From Tubiluchus corallicola (lineage: Eukaryota; Animalia; Priapulida), in the NCBI GenBank assembly GCA_030141605.1, contig JAQGDQ010000379.1, positions 124,001 to 188,000 on the forward strand: a DNA stretch of 64,000 nucleotides. Direction: 5' to 3'. The notes under the pieces are model-generated. The model saw only the letters and a program-made list of their open reading frames with translations. It did no database searches and was not told the origin of the DNA. The position numbers and the translations under genes are program-made. Numbering within the stretch: the first letter of the stretch is position 1; each line of letters begins with the position of its first letter. Of the stretch, positions 42,087 to 55,090 are shown one piece after another.

Positions 42087-42298
42087 CTTGCAGCTATACC
42101 ATCTGGCTGAATCTGCTGAACGAATATTCCCAGTTCACCTCTGTTCTCTGATTTCAGACCCACAACACCAAAGCCTAAACTTGCACTGTCGGGCTTGTGC
42201 AATTGTATTTTGAGGATTTCACGACCATGTGCAGCTGCCTTGATGGCTCTCTGAAATTCTGCACCGTGAAGTTGAACAGCGACTGCAGGTGTGTGATG
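42087..42298 (-). CDS. MPDZ: PATJ/MPDZ exon, first half of PDZ1 (...IQLHKPDSASLGFGVVGLKSENRGELGIFVQQIQPDGIAAR)
   Basis: LGFGVVGLKSENRGELGIFVQ is characteristic of MUPP1/PATJ PDZ1; ttctttag acceptor and gtaagt donor; 212 nt, phase 0-2. Confidence 0.96.
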
Positions 42299-42930
42299 CT
42301 AAAGAAGTACACAAATTAACATGTTACAATACTGTGCATAATTATTGTTTAATTGTCCTTGGAACAACTCGGAACTAATTACTTAGAACTAGATGCAGCC
42401 TTTATTAAGTAACGATCAATACATAATTTTGTATTAAAAGGGTTATACACAAATATAATGCATATGTGATAATATGGTAATACTAACATATATGCATTAT
42501 ACAAACAGAATGTTGGTGAAGGCAAGTCTAGTAGTTGATCTATGGTCAATAAGTCTAGAAAGGTCAGAAAATTATATCAGGACTCTGGCATGATTGCAAA
42601 ATGATGCCATAAAAACTTGTCAATCGAGTATTTACTTAATTTTTTAATATCATAATATGTATAAATTTTAGGGTTTGTATGCATAGAACTTGATATTGAC
42701 TTCTAATCCTTGCCTAAATGGCAGAAATTTTAAATTTTACATTTACATTTTCTTCATTAAAACGAATCTTGCTCAATCTTTTTAATCGCACTGGAAGTTT
42801 ACGTCTACATGATTTGCAGATGCATATTTCAAACTCAGAATAAACTTTAAAGCTAGACAGTGGACAAAAAAATCATAAAAATTTAGTTAAAATAGAGTAA
42901 GACACACTGAAATTTCCATAATATGTTTCA

Positions 42931-43225
42931 AGATCTATTGCTGTCACCATCAATGGTAGTTAGATCATAGCTGTCATCATTGGTGGTAGTTAGATCATCG
43001 CTGTCATCATTGGTGGTAGTTAGATCATTGCTGTCATCATCTGTAAGAGTTAGATCATCGCTGTCATCATCGGTGGTAGTTAGATCATTGCTGTCATCAT
43101 CTGTAGTAGTTAGATCATTGCTGTCATCATCAGTGGTAGTTAAATCATTGCTGTCATCATCGGTGGTAGTTAGATGATTGCTGTCATCATCAGCGGTAGT
43201 TTGATCGTACCACTGATGATGACAG
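42931..43225. repeat. 30-bp minisatellite, about 9 copies, ending in an inverted copy (hairpin)
   Basis: Unit agatcattgctgtcatcatcggtggtagtt. Confidence 0.95.
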
Positions 43226-43364
43226 AGATAGATTTTGAAACGTATTTGGAAATTTTAGTGTGTCTTGCTGTATTTTAAATCATTTCTTTGATTTTTATAC
43301 TCTGTTTAGTTTTATTCTCAAACTAAATGCTTATCAGTAAATAAAAGAACATAAAGGCATCTAC

Positions 43365-43589
43365 TTGTTGTAAGCGCTCTTGGAAAGCTTGTAAGTGTGG
43401 CACGGCATGCTCGGGAGAAGCTGACTTGCGAGTGAGAGATCCCTCCAAGCCATAACCATCATCAGAGGACGGAGTAGCTGAGGCAATGGTTGGGGACAGT
43501 ACTAGCTCACCCATAGGAGATATGTCAAAATCTTCAGCATTTAGGTTAGGTGTCACTTTCACCTGTTTTTTCAACTCTTGAACAGATTC
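43365..43589 (-). CDS. MPDZ: PATJ/MPDZ exon, end of L27 plus linker (ESVQELKKQVKVTPNLNAEDFDISPMGELVLSP...ERLQQ)
   Basis: tgtgtatag acceptor; in frame with the L27 exon (TLQ|ESVQELKKQV); 225 nt, phase 0-0. The donor gtagat is weak but phase-consistent. Confidence 0.88.
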
Positions 43590-44455
43590 CTATACACAGA
43601 AATATAAGCAGGTGAGTTAAGTGAAATTTTTATTATATTCACTGTCCTGTAATTAAGAACTGAAAAAACACTAAAAATTAAATTTGCATCATTACATTCA
43701 GCAACATGTAATGACTGGGTAACAAAAACATTAGGTTAAAAATCAAAACTGCTGCAAACGACATATTAAATAGCGACTCAAGATACCCTCACTTGGGTAC
43801 AAACAAATAGGCAATATAACATTAAACTAATTTTAAAAAAATTATAAGATGTACAACTGAATAACCCAATTCTCAATAAAAAATAAAGCTTATTTCTAAT
43901 GTTACTATATACATCATGTGACACAAGAGTGTATTTTATCATAAAATGCTTCACTTCACTAGGCTTCACACACAACACTTAGTGACTATATAAAGAACAG
44001 GTTTTAATAATAACTAAAATTGGTGTTTCACATTATGACATAAATGCATACTTAAAACTGAAAGAAAATCTTTTGATTATTTCTTTAACACATCTTTTCT
44101 TATAATTTATTTATGTGAATTTGTTATTTTCCCCACATTTTTGGTAAACACGTCAGATTACTAATGGAATTTTTCGTTATTTTAGGGTGAAAGCCTATGC
44201 CCTTCTGCTGCAAATAGGCAAAATGTAATGTTCAGAGTAGTGATTATAGATAGTCACAAACTACAAGTAATTGTATAATTGTTTATAATTGGTCGTACAC
44301 TCTTTTTGAAAAGAAACATTTATGATGATGGGTAATTTAAGTTATCACTCTTCTACCAAATTTTTAGTTTTTAACTAAAATACCAATTTATAAAAAAGGA
44401 TGTCCTTTAGACTAGCTCACATTTTTACTATAGAAGACAAATATGAATTATAGCT

Positions 44456-44574
44456 ATTATTATTATTGTTATTATTATTGTTGCTGTTGATGTTGTTGTT
44501 GTTGCTGCTGCTGCTGCTGCTGCTGTTGTTGTTGCTGTTGTTGTTACTATTACTGCTATTACTACTACTGCCAC

Positions 44575-44662
<88 letters not shown>
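44456..44662. repeat. Compound (TTA/TTG/CTG/CTA)n microsatellite
   Basis: Explains the poly-Leu ORF 44466-44687. Confidence 0.95.
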
Positions 44663-44663
<1 letters not shown>

Positions 44664-44746
44664 GAAATTCTGACTACTGATTATTAAACAGAGCAAGGCT
44701 AGAAATTCTGAATTCAACTGCATAATAAATTACTATAGCAAATTAC

Positions 44747-44886
44747 CTGCAAAGTGACTATTTGGCGGAATATAGGACTTTCCAGTACTGATATGAGCAT
44801 ATTAAGATCTTCGTCTAGCATAGGATCACCCGTTTCCTTTAGTTTGGCCTGGATGTTCTCCAGAAGCTGGAGCGCCCGGCGAGTAT
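44747..44886 (-). CDS. MPDZ: PATJ/MPDZ exon, L27 domain (DTRRALQLLENIQAKLKETGDPMLDEDLNMLISVLESPIFRQIVTLQ)
   Basis: L.SP.F..I.TLQ L27 signature of PATJ/MUPP1; ttttctag acceptor and gtaatt donor; 140 nt, phase 1-0. Confidence 0.95.
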
Positions 44887-45380
44887 CTAGAAAATTAACG
44901 CAAATTTAATACCTGACCTCTCAGCAACAGTGACAGTTACTGAAAAATCCCCCTACAAGAAAAATGCAGTATTTCAAATTATCTAGTATAGTGGGGGTTG
45001 TATATTTGTTCTGTTAATGTTTTATAGCTGTAAATGTAATTGCATTGTGTATTATGCATGAAAAGAATGCTTATCTATTGTAAAACTGCCTGCTCAAACT
45101 AATCAATTATGTTTAAGTTAAATAAAATAAAGCACGTTTACCAATGTCCACTGCTTTACTAAACTGAGAGTGCACAAATACGTGAAAAATACATGGTGTA
45201 GCTACAAATTATTTTGTTTAAATATTTTTATACATGATTGAATTACAATTATCCCAAAGCTAAAAACAAAAATGCGAACTATTGTTCTAGGAGTATTATT
45301 TTAGGGTCTATTATTAGGACAGTAGCGTGAATGTTCATTAGTTTATAATTTAACGTATATTTCTACCTAGTTTGTGAAAG

Positions 45381-45420
45381 TGCTCTGACGATGATGCAAG
45401 TCTGCATCGAAACGTAAGCA
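45381..45420 (+). ncRNA. Minimal type I hammerhead ribozyme motif (Penelope-like element remnant)
   Basis: TGCT-CTGACGA-T-GATGCA-agtc-TGCATC-GAAA-CG-TA-AGCA: core boxes CUGANGA and GAAA, 6-bp stem II, 4-bp stem I, GUA cleavage triplet, followed by AATAAA. Confidence 0.75.
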
Positions 45421-47394
45421 ATAAAGAGGTGCCACGTTGTTATTAACAATAGCTGTTCTTTTGATTGCATTACTGAGAGTCAGGTTCCCCGGAAACAAAT
45501 CAGTTATGTTAGTCCCACAGCCGTAAGCTAAGTGAAAAGCTTCAGTTAGCCATTTAATTTAGAACTTTCTTCCAGGTAACATGTAAAACAGTCTATATTA
45601 ACGCTAAACTTGTCACACCTATTCTGGAGTGTGGTTAGCTCTAGTGACAGTGGTCTCTAGCTGGTATTGACTATAATTGACATGTACAGTGCAAATGTTA
45701 GCAACTGACAAGCTAAATCAATTAATTCACCGCAATTCAACCCCATCAACATCACGCAGTTTTTTTAAAGACACGTCAGTCTCAGTAAAAATTTACATTA
45801 ATTATGTCCGTTGCTTGCTACATTATGAAATCAATAATGATTAGTGTTTATTTTATTAACGATGGCACGTCGGCAAAGTATTATACAAGACACCGTTCAA
45901 TAGAAAAACGCAATGTACCAGGCCTATTACACAGCGCAGCTTCGTCGTCAGAATGCAAACAGACCAGGAGTTGGTAAGCCCTAACCAATTACTATAACAC
46001 AGTACAGCGTAGGATCTTGGACAGTTAATAGCTAATTATTTGTATTAGAAAGTTCAATATTCTGACAGTGATCGGCGCAGGAAACAGATCAGTGACCGAG
46101 TAAATCACATTGCTGACTTGCTAGAGCCTCACATCACGCGTCTCCGCCATTATTATTTACACAATGTCAACGAATAAACAGACGAGCAATCAACCAATTT
46201 TAACAAACTAATAGATCAGTAGGAGATTAGAGAATTCATGCAACATTACAGCTGATAATTCAGTATACTTGATTTTATTAGCACTTTCTTTACCAGGGGG
46301 CGTCTGGATGGAAAAGTTTAGCGAGATATCGCGCAATATCGGGAAGCTAGAAGCCAAAGCCAGTGGCGAGCAAGCGTCCATCGTCAGTCCACTATTTCTG
46401 TTGTTTCAATAGACTGAATAGTCTTTTAACAAATTTCAAAACGTTTGGGTTGCGCAGGTTCTGGAAGATCTGAAGACACTGGGGATTGTAAATTTGAAGC
46501 TACCATAAACAATGACTGAATGCAAATAAATTTAGCACAATAAATTTACAAATTATCCAATACATAGTTTTTCTATTGGTGTGTACATTTGTGAGTGAAA
46601 TTCTGATGACTGGGGGACCTGCGTGGTGCAGTTGTGTGGGGTGTGGAGAAAGTGTGTGACCCTAATGAGTCTGTGCTGTTTGCAAGGCATTTATAGGTTT
46701 AACCTGAAACCAGATTTGTTAAACATAAGCAGTTAAACTGTCATTAATTCTTTTGTTTTACACGTGCTACATAAACGTCAATTGAGTCCTTTTTCCTTTG
46801 CCACAAATGGACTAGCAAACAACAACAACACAACATAATAATAATATATTTTTGCCTTCAGAATAACAATCATAGATAGTATATAACAATGAGTTACAAA
46901 GTTTAGATAAGGACGGGATGGCGAAAGACCAAACGGTCATCTACTCTGCCAACGCTAATATACTATAACTATATAGCAAACAAAAAACCACAATCTCGGG
47001 AGGAGGACTGATATGATAACTGATGTTTTTCGCTACCCCTTCTCATTTGTTTGGTTACTTAATTTATACAAATCTCCTAGGTATTTTTTGATCAGGATAG
47101 AAAATAAATAATAAATCATTTGATTTCATTTTAGATTTCAAAAGTTGCAAAAACGAAACAAATATTGACGTGTTTTCTTTTTATTTCCCTTTTCAGTATA
47201 AAGTCTCTGAGACATTATGTATAACGATTTCTATTAAGATTAAAAGTTTCTATACATCATTTTGTATAAAGTAATCATTATGGACACTTTCAAGAGAAGT
47301 CTTCTTTCAGATAAAAAAACTTTTAGGCCTTGTAAGTTGCAAGACTTTCGCAACTGTTACCTTATTTATTTAGTTATATAGCATTAAACTATTT

Positions 47395-47890
47395 TGGGTG
47401 ACAAGACTGTATCGACCTTTAAGGTCAAAGTCAAAGAAATGGGTCTTTTCTGCACTAGCATTATCCATGTTGAGCCATGTGACAATGCACAAGTTTGATA
47501 GGCAAGGCCATAGCGAGCATTGAAATGTAACTCAAGATGTTTAGTTAAATCAAGGTCAACATGTCAACAATGAAGTCAACAATAGAAACCTATCCACACC
47601 TGCTACTATCCTATGGCAAATTTCATTCAGCTTGATCTCAGTGGCACATATGCCTGTTGCACACTTTTTAAGACCATAAAGATATACAATATCAAACAAA
47701 AGGGAAAAAAGTGACACAGCAAACCTAGCTGCATGTGTCAAGTTTGATTGTTTGGCTTTAGTGACCTGCAAAATATAAATTCCCACTGACATCCAAGGCA
47801 AGGTCAAGTATGTCGTGATGACATTTTTCTCTATTAGTTCTACCAACACGTCAAGTTTGATTAGTTGTAATAATCAAACATTTATTGATT
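47395..47890. mobile_element. Degenerate interspersed repeat rich in aaggtcaa / caagtttgat motifs
   Basis: aaggtcaa and caagtttgat each recur several times within about 500 bp. Confidence 0.35.
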
Positions 47891-48196
47891 GGAACAAAAT
47901 CTTCACTTATAAATCAACCTCCTCCAGTGCTCCAAGATTATGTGTAAAATGTAATTTACACACAACACAAATTAAAGGAAATGGGAAAGCAATCAATAAC
48001 TATCATCTGATCGATCGTCCGTGTTCCAGAAATTCCCGGCTGATGACCAATACTGCACACTTGTCAAAAGCTTCATCAGCACTGGGGATATTATAACACG
48101 ACAATAAAACACTAACTACACTTACCACTGTCATACTTACCTAATGCACTGCAAAATAAATGTGCCACATACCACTTTTTCACCTGTAACTATTAC

Positions 48197-48545
48197 AGGT
48201 GAGCATCGTTCGAACATTCCAATCGAATTCGATTTGAACAGGTTTTTTAGTTAGAATTCAATTCGAACATAAAATTCTAGATTCGAATAATAATTCAACA
48301 CTTAAACTACATGCGTTTTTTATCATTAAAATGTTCAAAACAGCATACAATTAGCACAATTTAGCTGCAATTTCTGGTGCAAAACTTTTAAGCAAATTAT
48401 TGGTGGTTTTACTGCAAAATAAAATCAAGAAATATGCATGATCTGTGTGAGATGCCTTTTTATTAATGACCCAAAAATCTTTATAACTGAAGTCAAATTT
48501 TATTCAATTTAAATTCGCTTTCTGGTAGGAAGTGCTCACCCCTAG
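48197..48545 (+). mobile_element. MITE with (AGG)GGTGAGCA terminal inverted repeats and TTCGAA-rich subtermini
   Basis: caggtgagcat ... gtgctcacccctag; a reverse-complement copy lies at 59193-59505. Confidence 0.7.
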
Positions 48546-49529
48546 TAGCTATAGAAATTTTACACCTTAATGTCTACAGTCTCACACTTACCCAAAACAT
48601 CATAACAGTAACCACCACAAAAATAAATGTAAGTACAATTTATAGCAGCATCAGAGGCCATAAAGGCTATCATATTCAAGTTGACCAAACAAGGCTAGTA
48701 GGCACTCATTGTAACTGGCCACACACAAAAGGAAGGAGGAAATATAAGTACAGAGTTCCAGAGACCCAATTAAATCTGTATAGGCCAGCATTTTTTTCCT
48801 TAAAAAATACCCATGTACGGTTATTGAGAATGTGTGAGTAATGATTCAATAAACATAGTTATAAAATTTATTTCGAACAATTTGACTGTCTTAGCAGCCA
48901 TTCTTAGCTATATAAAACATGTAGCTATGTTTTTGTTTTAGAATAAATTAATGAGTTGTTAGAACAGCTGAAACTTCTAACATAAATTTTATAACTATAT
49001 TTACTGCACAGTAAATGCTATCACTGCCGAGTTACCCTTAATTTCGTATAAGAGTATCAACTAAAATATCTGAAAGAATTAAATAAATATGGTCTAATTC
49101 TAGATCAGGGTCAAACTCAGGATCTTCTAACACACATCTTGCAGATGGCTTACGAGCTTTTTTTGTATACCGATCAATGGCATGTTCTTGCATCATCTTA
49201 GCCTACATTTTGTTAGGATTTGGGTGGTGCTGAAATCAGTGAATTTTTCCAGCTCGTTCAGTCAAAGTCAATCACAATCGAAAAAGTCTATCACAGAGTT
49301 CAGAGTTTTCGAGTTGCTGCTTGATCATAGCAATCAATAAATTACAAGCTACATGACTGTTTCCCACACTAAATTTCAAGGGCTTGATAGATTCTTTATA
49401 ATATTTCAGCAATACTTCGATGTTGTTAACTGTTCTGTACTGTTACTCGTTGTACCTCAGTTTTTCTACCCTTCCAGTAAAAGTTTATGTACCACCCTGT
49501 AAGTACTCTAATTATTGTAGATCACTTAC

Positions 49530-49545
49530 CCTCACTCACAGGCAT
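49530..49545 (-). CDS. MPDZ: PATJ/MPDZ first coding exon (MPVSE + G; exon 49530-49616 includes 5' UTR)
   Basis: ATG CCT GTG AGT GAG G|gtaagt; phase 1 completes G|AT of the L27 exon, giving MPVSEDTRRALQLL. Acceptor ttatttcag at 49617-49618. Confidence 0.75.
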
Positions 49546-52500
49546 TTCTTCCAACAATAAGAAATACAATTAAGTAATTGCAGAAGTCTATAAGTTGCTT
49601 GACAATTCTCCGAAAACTGAAATAAATGCAACAAAAATTAAGAAATACACTCCTACAAAACCAAAAACAACTTCATTCCAATTAATGAAGACATTTTAAG
49701 TAATTAATAATTTTCTTTTCTAATTACATTTAAGTATTTGAAGCCAGTAAGCAAAATGCTGAGTAACAGAAGTTTGCATGGAAAGTTTTTCCGGACATAG
49801 TTTAACATTTCCTTTTCATTCGCCGATTTACGTTGTGCTTATATGATGTCATGTAATGGCATGGTCGAAACAGTATTGCGGGAGATTTAAAAGGAAAATA
49901 AACAAAAATCCTTTCAACACAAGTATGCTATACGCATAAAATTGCTATAAAGTAAGAGAATTTTTAAGGCAATTTTTCTGAAATCTACTTCAGGTACCTC
50001 TTTTCTTGTCCTTTAAATTCAATTAAATGCAAAAGTAACAGTACAGTGCGAATCAAAAATGTTACCATGCATATCTTATGTTTGATTGTCTTTTCAAAAT
50101 AGGCAGAATTAACAATACATTGGGTCTGCAATATATACATGTTTTTTATGATGCCTCATTTCATTGTAATTGTTTGTCTTTTATACCCAATAAATCATAT
50201 AAATCGTTGAATAAATTAAAATAAATGTTAATTATTTAACACATTCTTTTACATTAACATCCTATCGTCACAGGTCTGTAAAAACTGAATTTAAAATAAC
50301 AAATGTATTATGCAACCATACCGTAGATTAGATTTAACTGCATACACAAGCATTCAAATGCAGTGCAAAAACAAAAATTTCTCACTTAAGTCAGTAGTCG
50401 TTTACAACTTTTGCATGCTTGCAATAAGTATTTTACATCTTTAACCATAAATTAATTAAAATGCAAATGGTATATCAAAACGGGACAACTGATATTAACT
50501 GACCTCATGACACTTAGAGTACTGTAATATCACATTTATGCTGCCGAAGAAACAGTTAATGAATGACGCAACTTCACAAACATACCAAAATTTTAGAACT
50601 CAACACTGAAAATTTATGACAAGGACTAATTACATATTTGCACAGCAACCAAACGACCATTTATGTACATAGCATAAATAACACGTCTTAAAGCAGTTGC
50701 TCTAATTTGCAGTCCATTAGAAAATTTGATTATACTACAGCTGATTGTTGTTTCAAATGGTTACAGAACATGGCGCCTCATTTTCCCTCATAATCTTATC
50801 CAACTAGCTCGAAGAAGTCATTTGAAAGTAAAATATTGAGTCACCTTGGATAGACAGAAACTCATGATGTTCAGTGAAGTTTCAGATTTTTCAAAAACTT
50901 CACAGCTTCACAGACAAAATGCCAAACAAAATAGGACTGAACTGTTCTCAAACATGAAGACAGAAATTTAACAAGAAATTATCAAATTATCACATACACA
51001 TACTTAATAAACAAGATTACTAACTATTAAACAGGCCTATCTAAGGATTTTTATGTATAAAAGACAATATATAAATACATGCAGCATTGTGCATTACAAA
51101 GACCGATATCGGTTACAAGAATTTAGTAGGAGATGTGAGAAATATAAAGAACCTACTTAAAAATGATCAAAATATATACATGCAATTTTCAAACGTTAGA
51201 AATATTGATGAATTCACAAGCTTGCGAGTACAAAGATCTATGACAAAGGTTCTCTTATTCAAAATTTCTGTAAGTGAAAAACTGCAAATGCATAGTCAGG
51301 TGGGCCTTTTCTTCAAAATTGAAAAGTAGATACAAAAAGGCCCTACTGTTTAAGATTTGCTTCTTGTGTCTACGTCTCTTTGGGTAGCTTTGCAAGTAGA
51401 CCATCAGACACTTCTACGACAAATAAAAAGTAACAGGACAATTTCTCCCAACAGTAACAGGACAATTGTTCCCAATCGGCAACTGCACTAGAGAGTACAA
51501 TCGACTCCTTCTATATTCACATCAATGCAACGCAAAGAGGAATCATTTCTTTATAGCAGTTACTGCAGCTATTACTTGTCCAATTTTAGCTTGCACAGCT
51601 ATACCCTATTATATATAGCACTAAGCAATTTATTACATAATCTAGTAGAACACATTATCTGCAGACATTGCTGGTTTTTGCTGTTTTGCTTAAAGTTTCA
51701 ATGAATGTAACTGATGGACATTTGACAATGATGATCACCACCACTGAACATTTGCAGTTACTAAAAATGAATATGGCTGCACACTTTCTTGAATGAAAAG
51801 GTGACTCTCTTTAGTAGATTACTTAATATTGTTCTATTTTGCAATACAATTAGGCAATGAATTTGAGGTATAGTACTTCTACTTCGCCTACACTTATGAA
51901 GTGTATTAGGAGTATACTCAATTTTTTGAAAAGCATAGGATATACAATATTATTGTGAGATGGAATAATTATACTACATCTTTATGCACATGCAGCTGTG
52001 GCAAAATATAAAGTATGCAACATTCAACCAGTTCTAATCAGAGTTAAGTTTCCAGTACAGGGTGTCCACAAAGCCTTTTATTTTTTATGTTGCCTAAAAA
52101 ATTAAGGTATTATGCTGTTATTCATGCTATGTATTGTATATACGTATATGTAAATACAAAAAAGGGGTACAAATATTCTGTAATGGGGTTTGTTTCCAGC
52201 TCCAGCAATGTCGCTTAATGCATTTTCATTTTTTTTTCAGAATAAAAATTAATTAATACTTTTAGTCATTAGTACATTTAGTAGTACTAGTGGTGATTTA
52301 GAAATACTTGTTGAACTTACATGTGTTCAATTTTTATATAAAAATGCACTTGTTTGGTCTATTATGCACTACACTTTTTAGAAAGAGAATTTAAATGCTT
52401 TCCATTTTATCGTAGAAATGCAAGCGCATGCTTTCAGATTCTATGTAATTTAGTTTGGAGCCCCAGGGCCCAGGAAAATTGTTTCAAGAGGAATCCAGTG

Positions 52501-52608
52501 ACATTCTGAATCTTGAGAAAGTGAGGAACTATAGGAATTTATGTTGGTTGGCCTCTGGTTTTTGCTTTGGTGTGCATCTGGAACATTAGCTGTTTATTGA
52601 TGTCACCG

Positions 52609-52830
52609 CTTCCCTTCACTATTCTAAAAGCTTGGACGGCGTCGCCTCTTCCCTTCACTATTCTAAAAGCTTGGACGGCGTCGTCTTTTCCCTTCGCTAT
52701 TCTAAAGGGTTGAACAACGTCGTCGCCTCTTCCCTTCACTATTCTAAAAGCTTGGACGGCGTCGTCTTTTCCCTTCGCTATTCTAAAGGGTTGAACAACG
52801 TCGTCGCCTCTTCCCTTCACTATTCTAAAA
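52609..52830. repeat. 39/42-bp tandem repeat with an 81-bp higher-order unit
   Basis: ttcccttc(a/g)ctattctaaa recurs six times, alternating two variants. Confidence 0.92.
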
Positions 52831-52859
52831 GGGTGAATGAGATCTTATTGATTTCATCT

Positions 52860-53240
52860 GTATCTGAGTCTGTACTCAAAATAAATATATAATCTTTCAT
52901 AATATGATCTTTCTGCTAACCCTGGCATACTTCTTGTTGCTTTCTTCACTGTATACTTTCTAATTTTCATATCAATTCTTGTCAGTTGGATTCAAGATGA
53001 CACCAAATAGTTGAATCATAGCTTGATACACATGGTTAACATTTTAGTGTCTATGTGCTTGATTTTATGGTAAAAAATATTGTCAATAGGCTTGAAAGGG
53101 ATAAGAATAATTCCTGTTTGACATTTCATAGCAAAATCAATCTCCAGAAAAGTACTTATGTTGCTTTTCCAATGTCAGCCATACTGCCGGACTGTCTAAT
53201 TTCTTCTTTCAGTCACAAGTTTACCAAGCTATATACAAGT
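52860..53240 (-). mobile_element. Decayed LINE RT fragment (RTE-like)
   Basis: Minus-strand VKQELFLS (GVRQG..LSP-like) and FNYLVS (FKYLGS-like) remnants. Confidence 0.35.
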
Positions 53241-54764
53241 TTTTTTTTGGTTATCTAAAATTTCGTCAAAACATTGTTTTAGCAATGCCTACAAAGCTGA
53301 CTGCTGCATATCGCACCAATGCATGCAAAGGGGATGGCTACAGATTTGGCAGATGATTCAGGTCACAAGCATTGAGTGCAAAATTTTCACAACTTGTACC
53401 CTAACATGCAACTGTGTTAATCTCACTCATTCTACGTTCTCGTTGATAACTAATTTGGCTTCAACAGCTGATTTGCCCTCACCATGTTTGCTTTTACTTT
53501 CATTGTGTGTAGCGAGGGCTGCTACAATGCACAACATATAACAAAAATTTAGAATGGCAACTTCACTAAAAGGATTTCATCCGCTGTGTAAGCAGCAGCA
53601 CTGATTCATCACGCCTGTGAAAGGAACAGTGATGACTCTGACACAGTCTTATCCACAAAAATCTAGGATAGTACTACTTTAGTGTTTTGCATTATATGCA
53701 GATTTTCTTGGATTCAAAGTCACATCACTGTGAACTCCTTTTCACTTTCATGAGAAAATTTTCTATCGTGACAAACCGGTGCTTTGTGTTGATTAAAGCA
53801 TCTGCGCGAACTCTTAATGGATAGACTTTGATGTGCAGATTTTCGGTCGCACAACAAAGTCAGATTATCGAATGTTATTAGCAAGGCCAATAAAAGTTGT
53901 GACACTAAATTTAAATGTTCTCTGTCTTAGATTTAGACATACATACATGTGACGCAACAAAAAGTAACTACTAGTAGAACAAGTCACATCTTTATACCCT
54001 AAAAACTCATCTTTTTCTCTAAAACTCTCCCCGAACACTGCTAAGAATTTAAATATTTAAAATTCTGGGGGGAGTTAGTGCATTTATAAAATCAATAATA
54101 TACTGAAATTAAATACATACAATAGAACACAGGTTAAAGTACAGCGATTATTTCATCCATAACTTGCTAAAAAGTCTTTGAAAAACCAGTAAAATGAAGA
54201 AGATGCATATGCTGGAGCCTTACCTATTTTCCAATAGTCTCACTTTTTGAAGAATGAATGTTATTCCTTTGAACAACACCTCAGTCTGAGATAATTAACT
54301 GGATCTCATTAGTCAATTTAACACTGCAGACCTAAGTAAAGTAATTTGATGTTTCCATACTTGATGAATTATTACAGATAGCACAATTACGTTAGCTGGA
54401 AACCTGCGCAGTAGTTTCGTAGCTTCCACACGGTATTCAATAACACAACATTTTATAATGCAAATTATCAACTTCCAACACTAAGTTCGCATTCTTCGCG
54501 AGTTAGCTATCCAACCAACCATAACCGATAAACCCATATTATCTGTGGCGGCACCTATACACTGCATTGCTCATTTACGCACAACGCTCATAGATAAAGG
54601 AGTAAACGACCGTCCCAGGGCTGGTACTTGGGGCACTAATTACTTATTACTAGGATGCGAGACAATTCAATACAAACATTTGTGCACAAGATATTTCGCC
54701 ACAAAACATTTGTACACTTGAGTATGCGTGCGTTGTTTGTTCACCACAGTATGTTATTCTTAAA

Positions 54765-55090
54765 AATGCTTTAGAAAAAACTCAATGGAGGTGTATTCGT
54801 TTATCAATCTAACTCTGTTTCTTCTCTTGAACAACATCGCGATACTATAGATCTTATTAACTGTTATAAAGTCATTAGTGATAGTTCTGTTTTGCACAGT
54901 CACAATTTTTTCTAGACTGCTATGTGATTTAGATAGACACAATTCTAAATTATTTCTACAATACTCACACACTAATATCAGAGCTCATATCTTCTCTTCT
55001 CATGTTGTGGACCCTTGGAATTCACTTCAGTAGTGAATCAGTTGATGCATCAAATCTGTCACAGTTTCGCAAATTGTTGAGGAGAGACCG
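54765..55090 (+). mobile_element. Decayed CR1/L2 LINE 3' fragment abutting the R2 tail
   Basis: ALEKTQWRCIRL, SLEQHRDTIDLINCYKVI, FSSHVVDPWNSL and VDASNLSQFRKLL motifs, interrupted by frameshifts. Confidence 0.65.

Noticed and set aside
46291-46304. CTCF-like ACCAGGGGGCG site
   Set aside because: Equally matches the CAGGGGCGT terminus typical of hAT MITEs; single motif with no support.
49040-49196. Minus-strand frame MMQEHAIDRYTKKA... with a phase-1 gtaagc donor as an alternative start exon
   Set aside because: The MPVSE exon fits L27 N-termini better and has stronger splice signals; probably chance.
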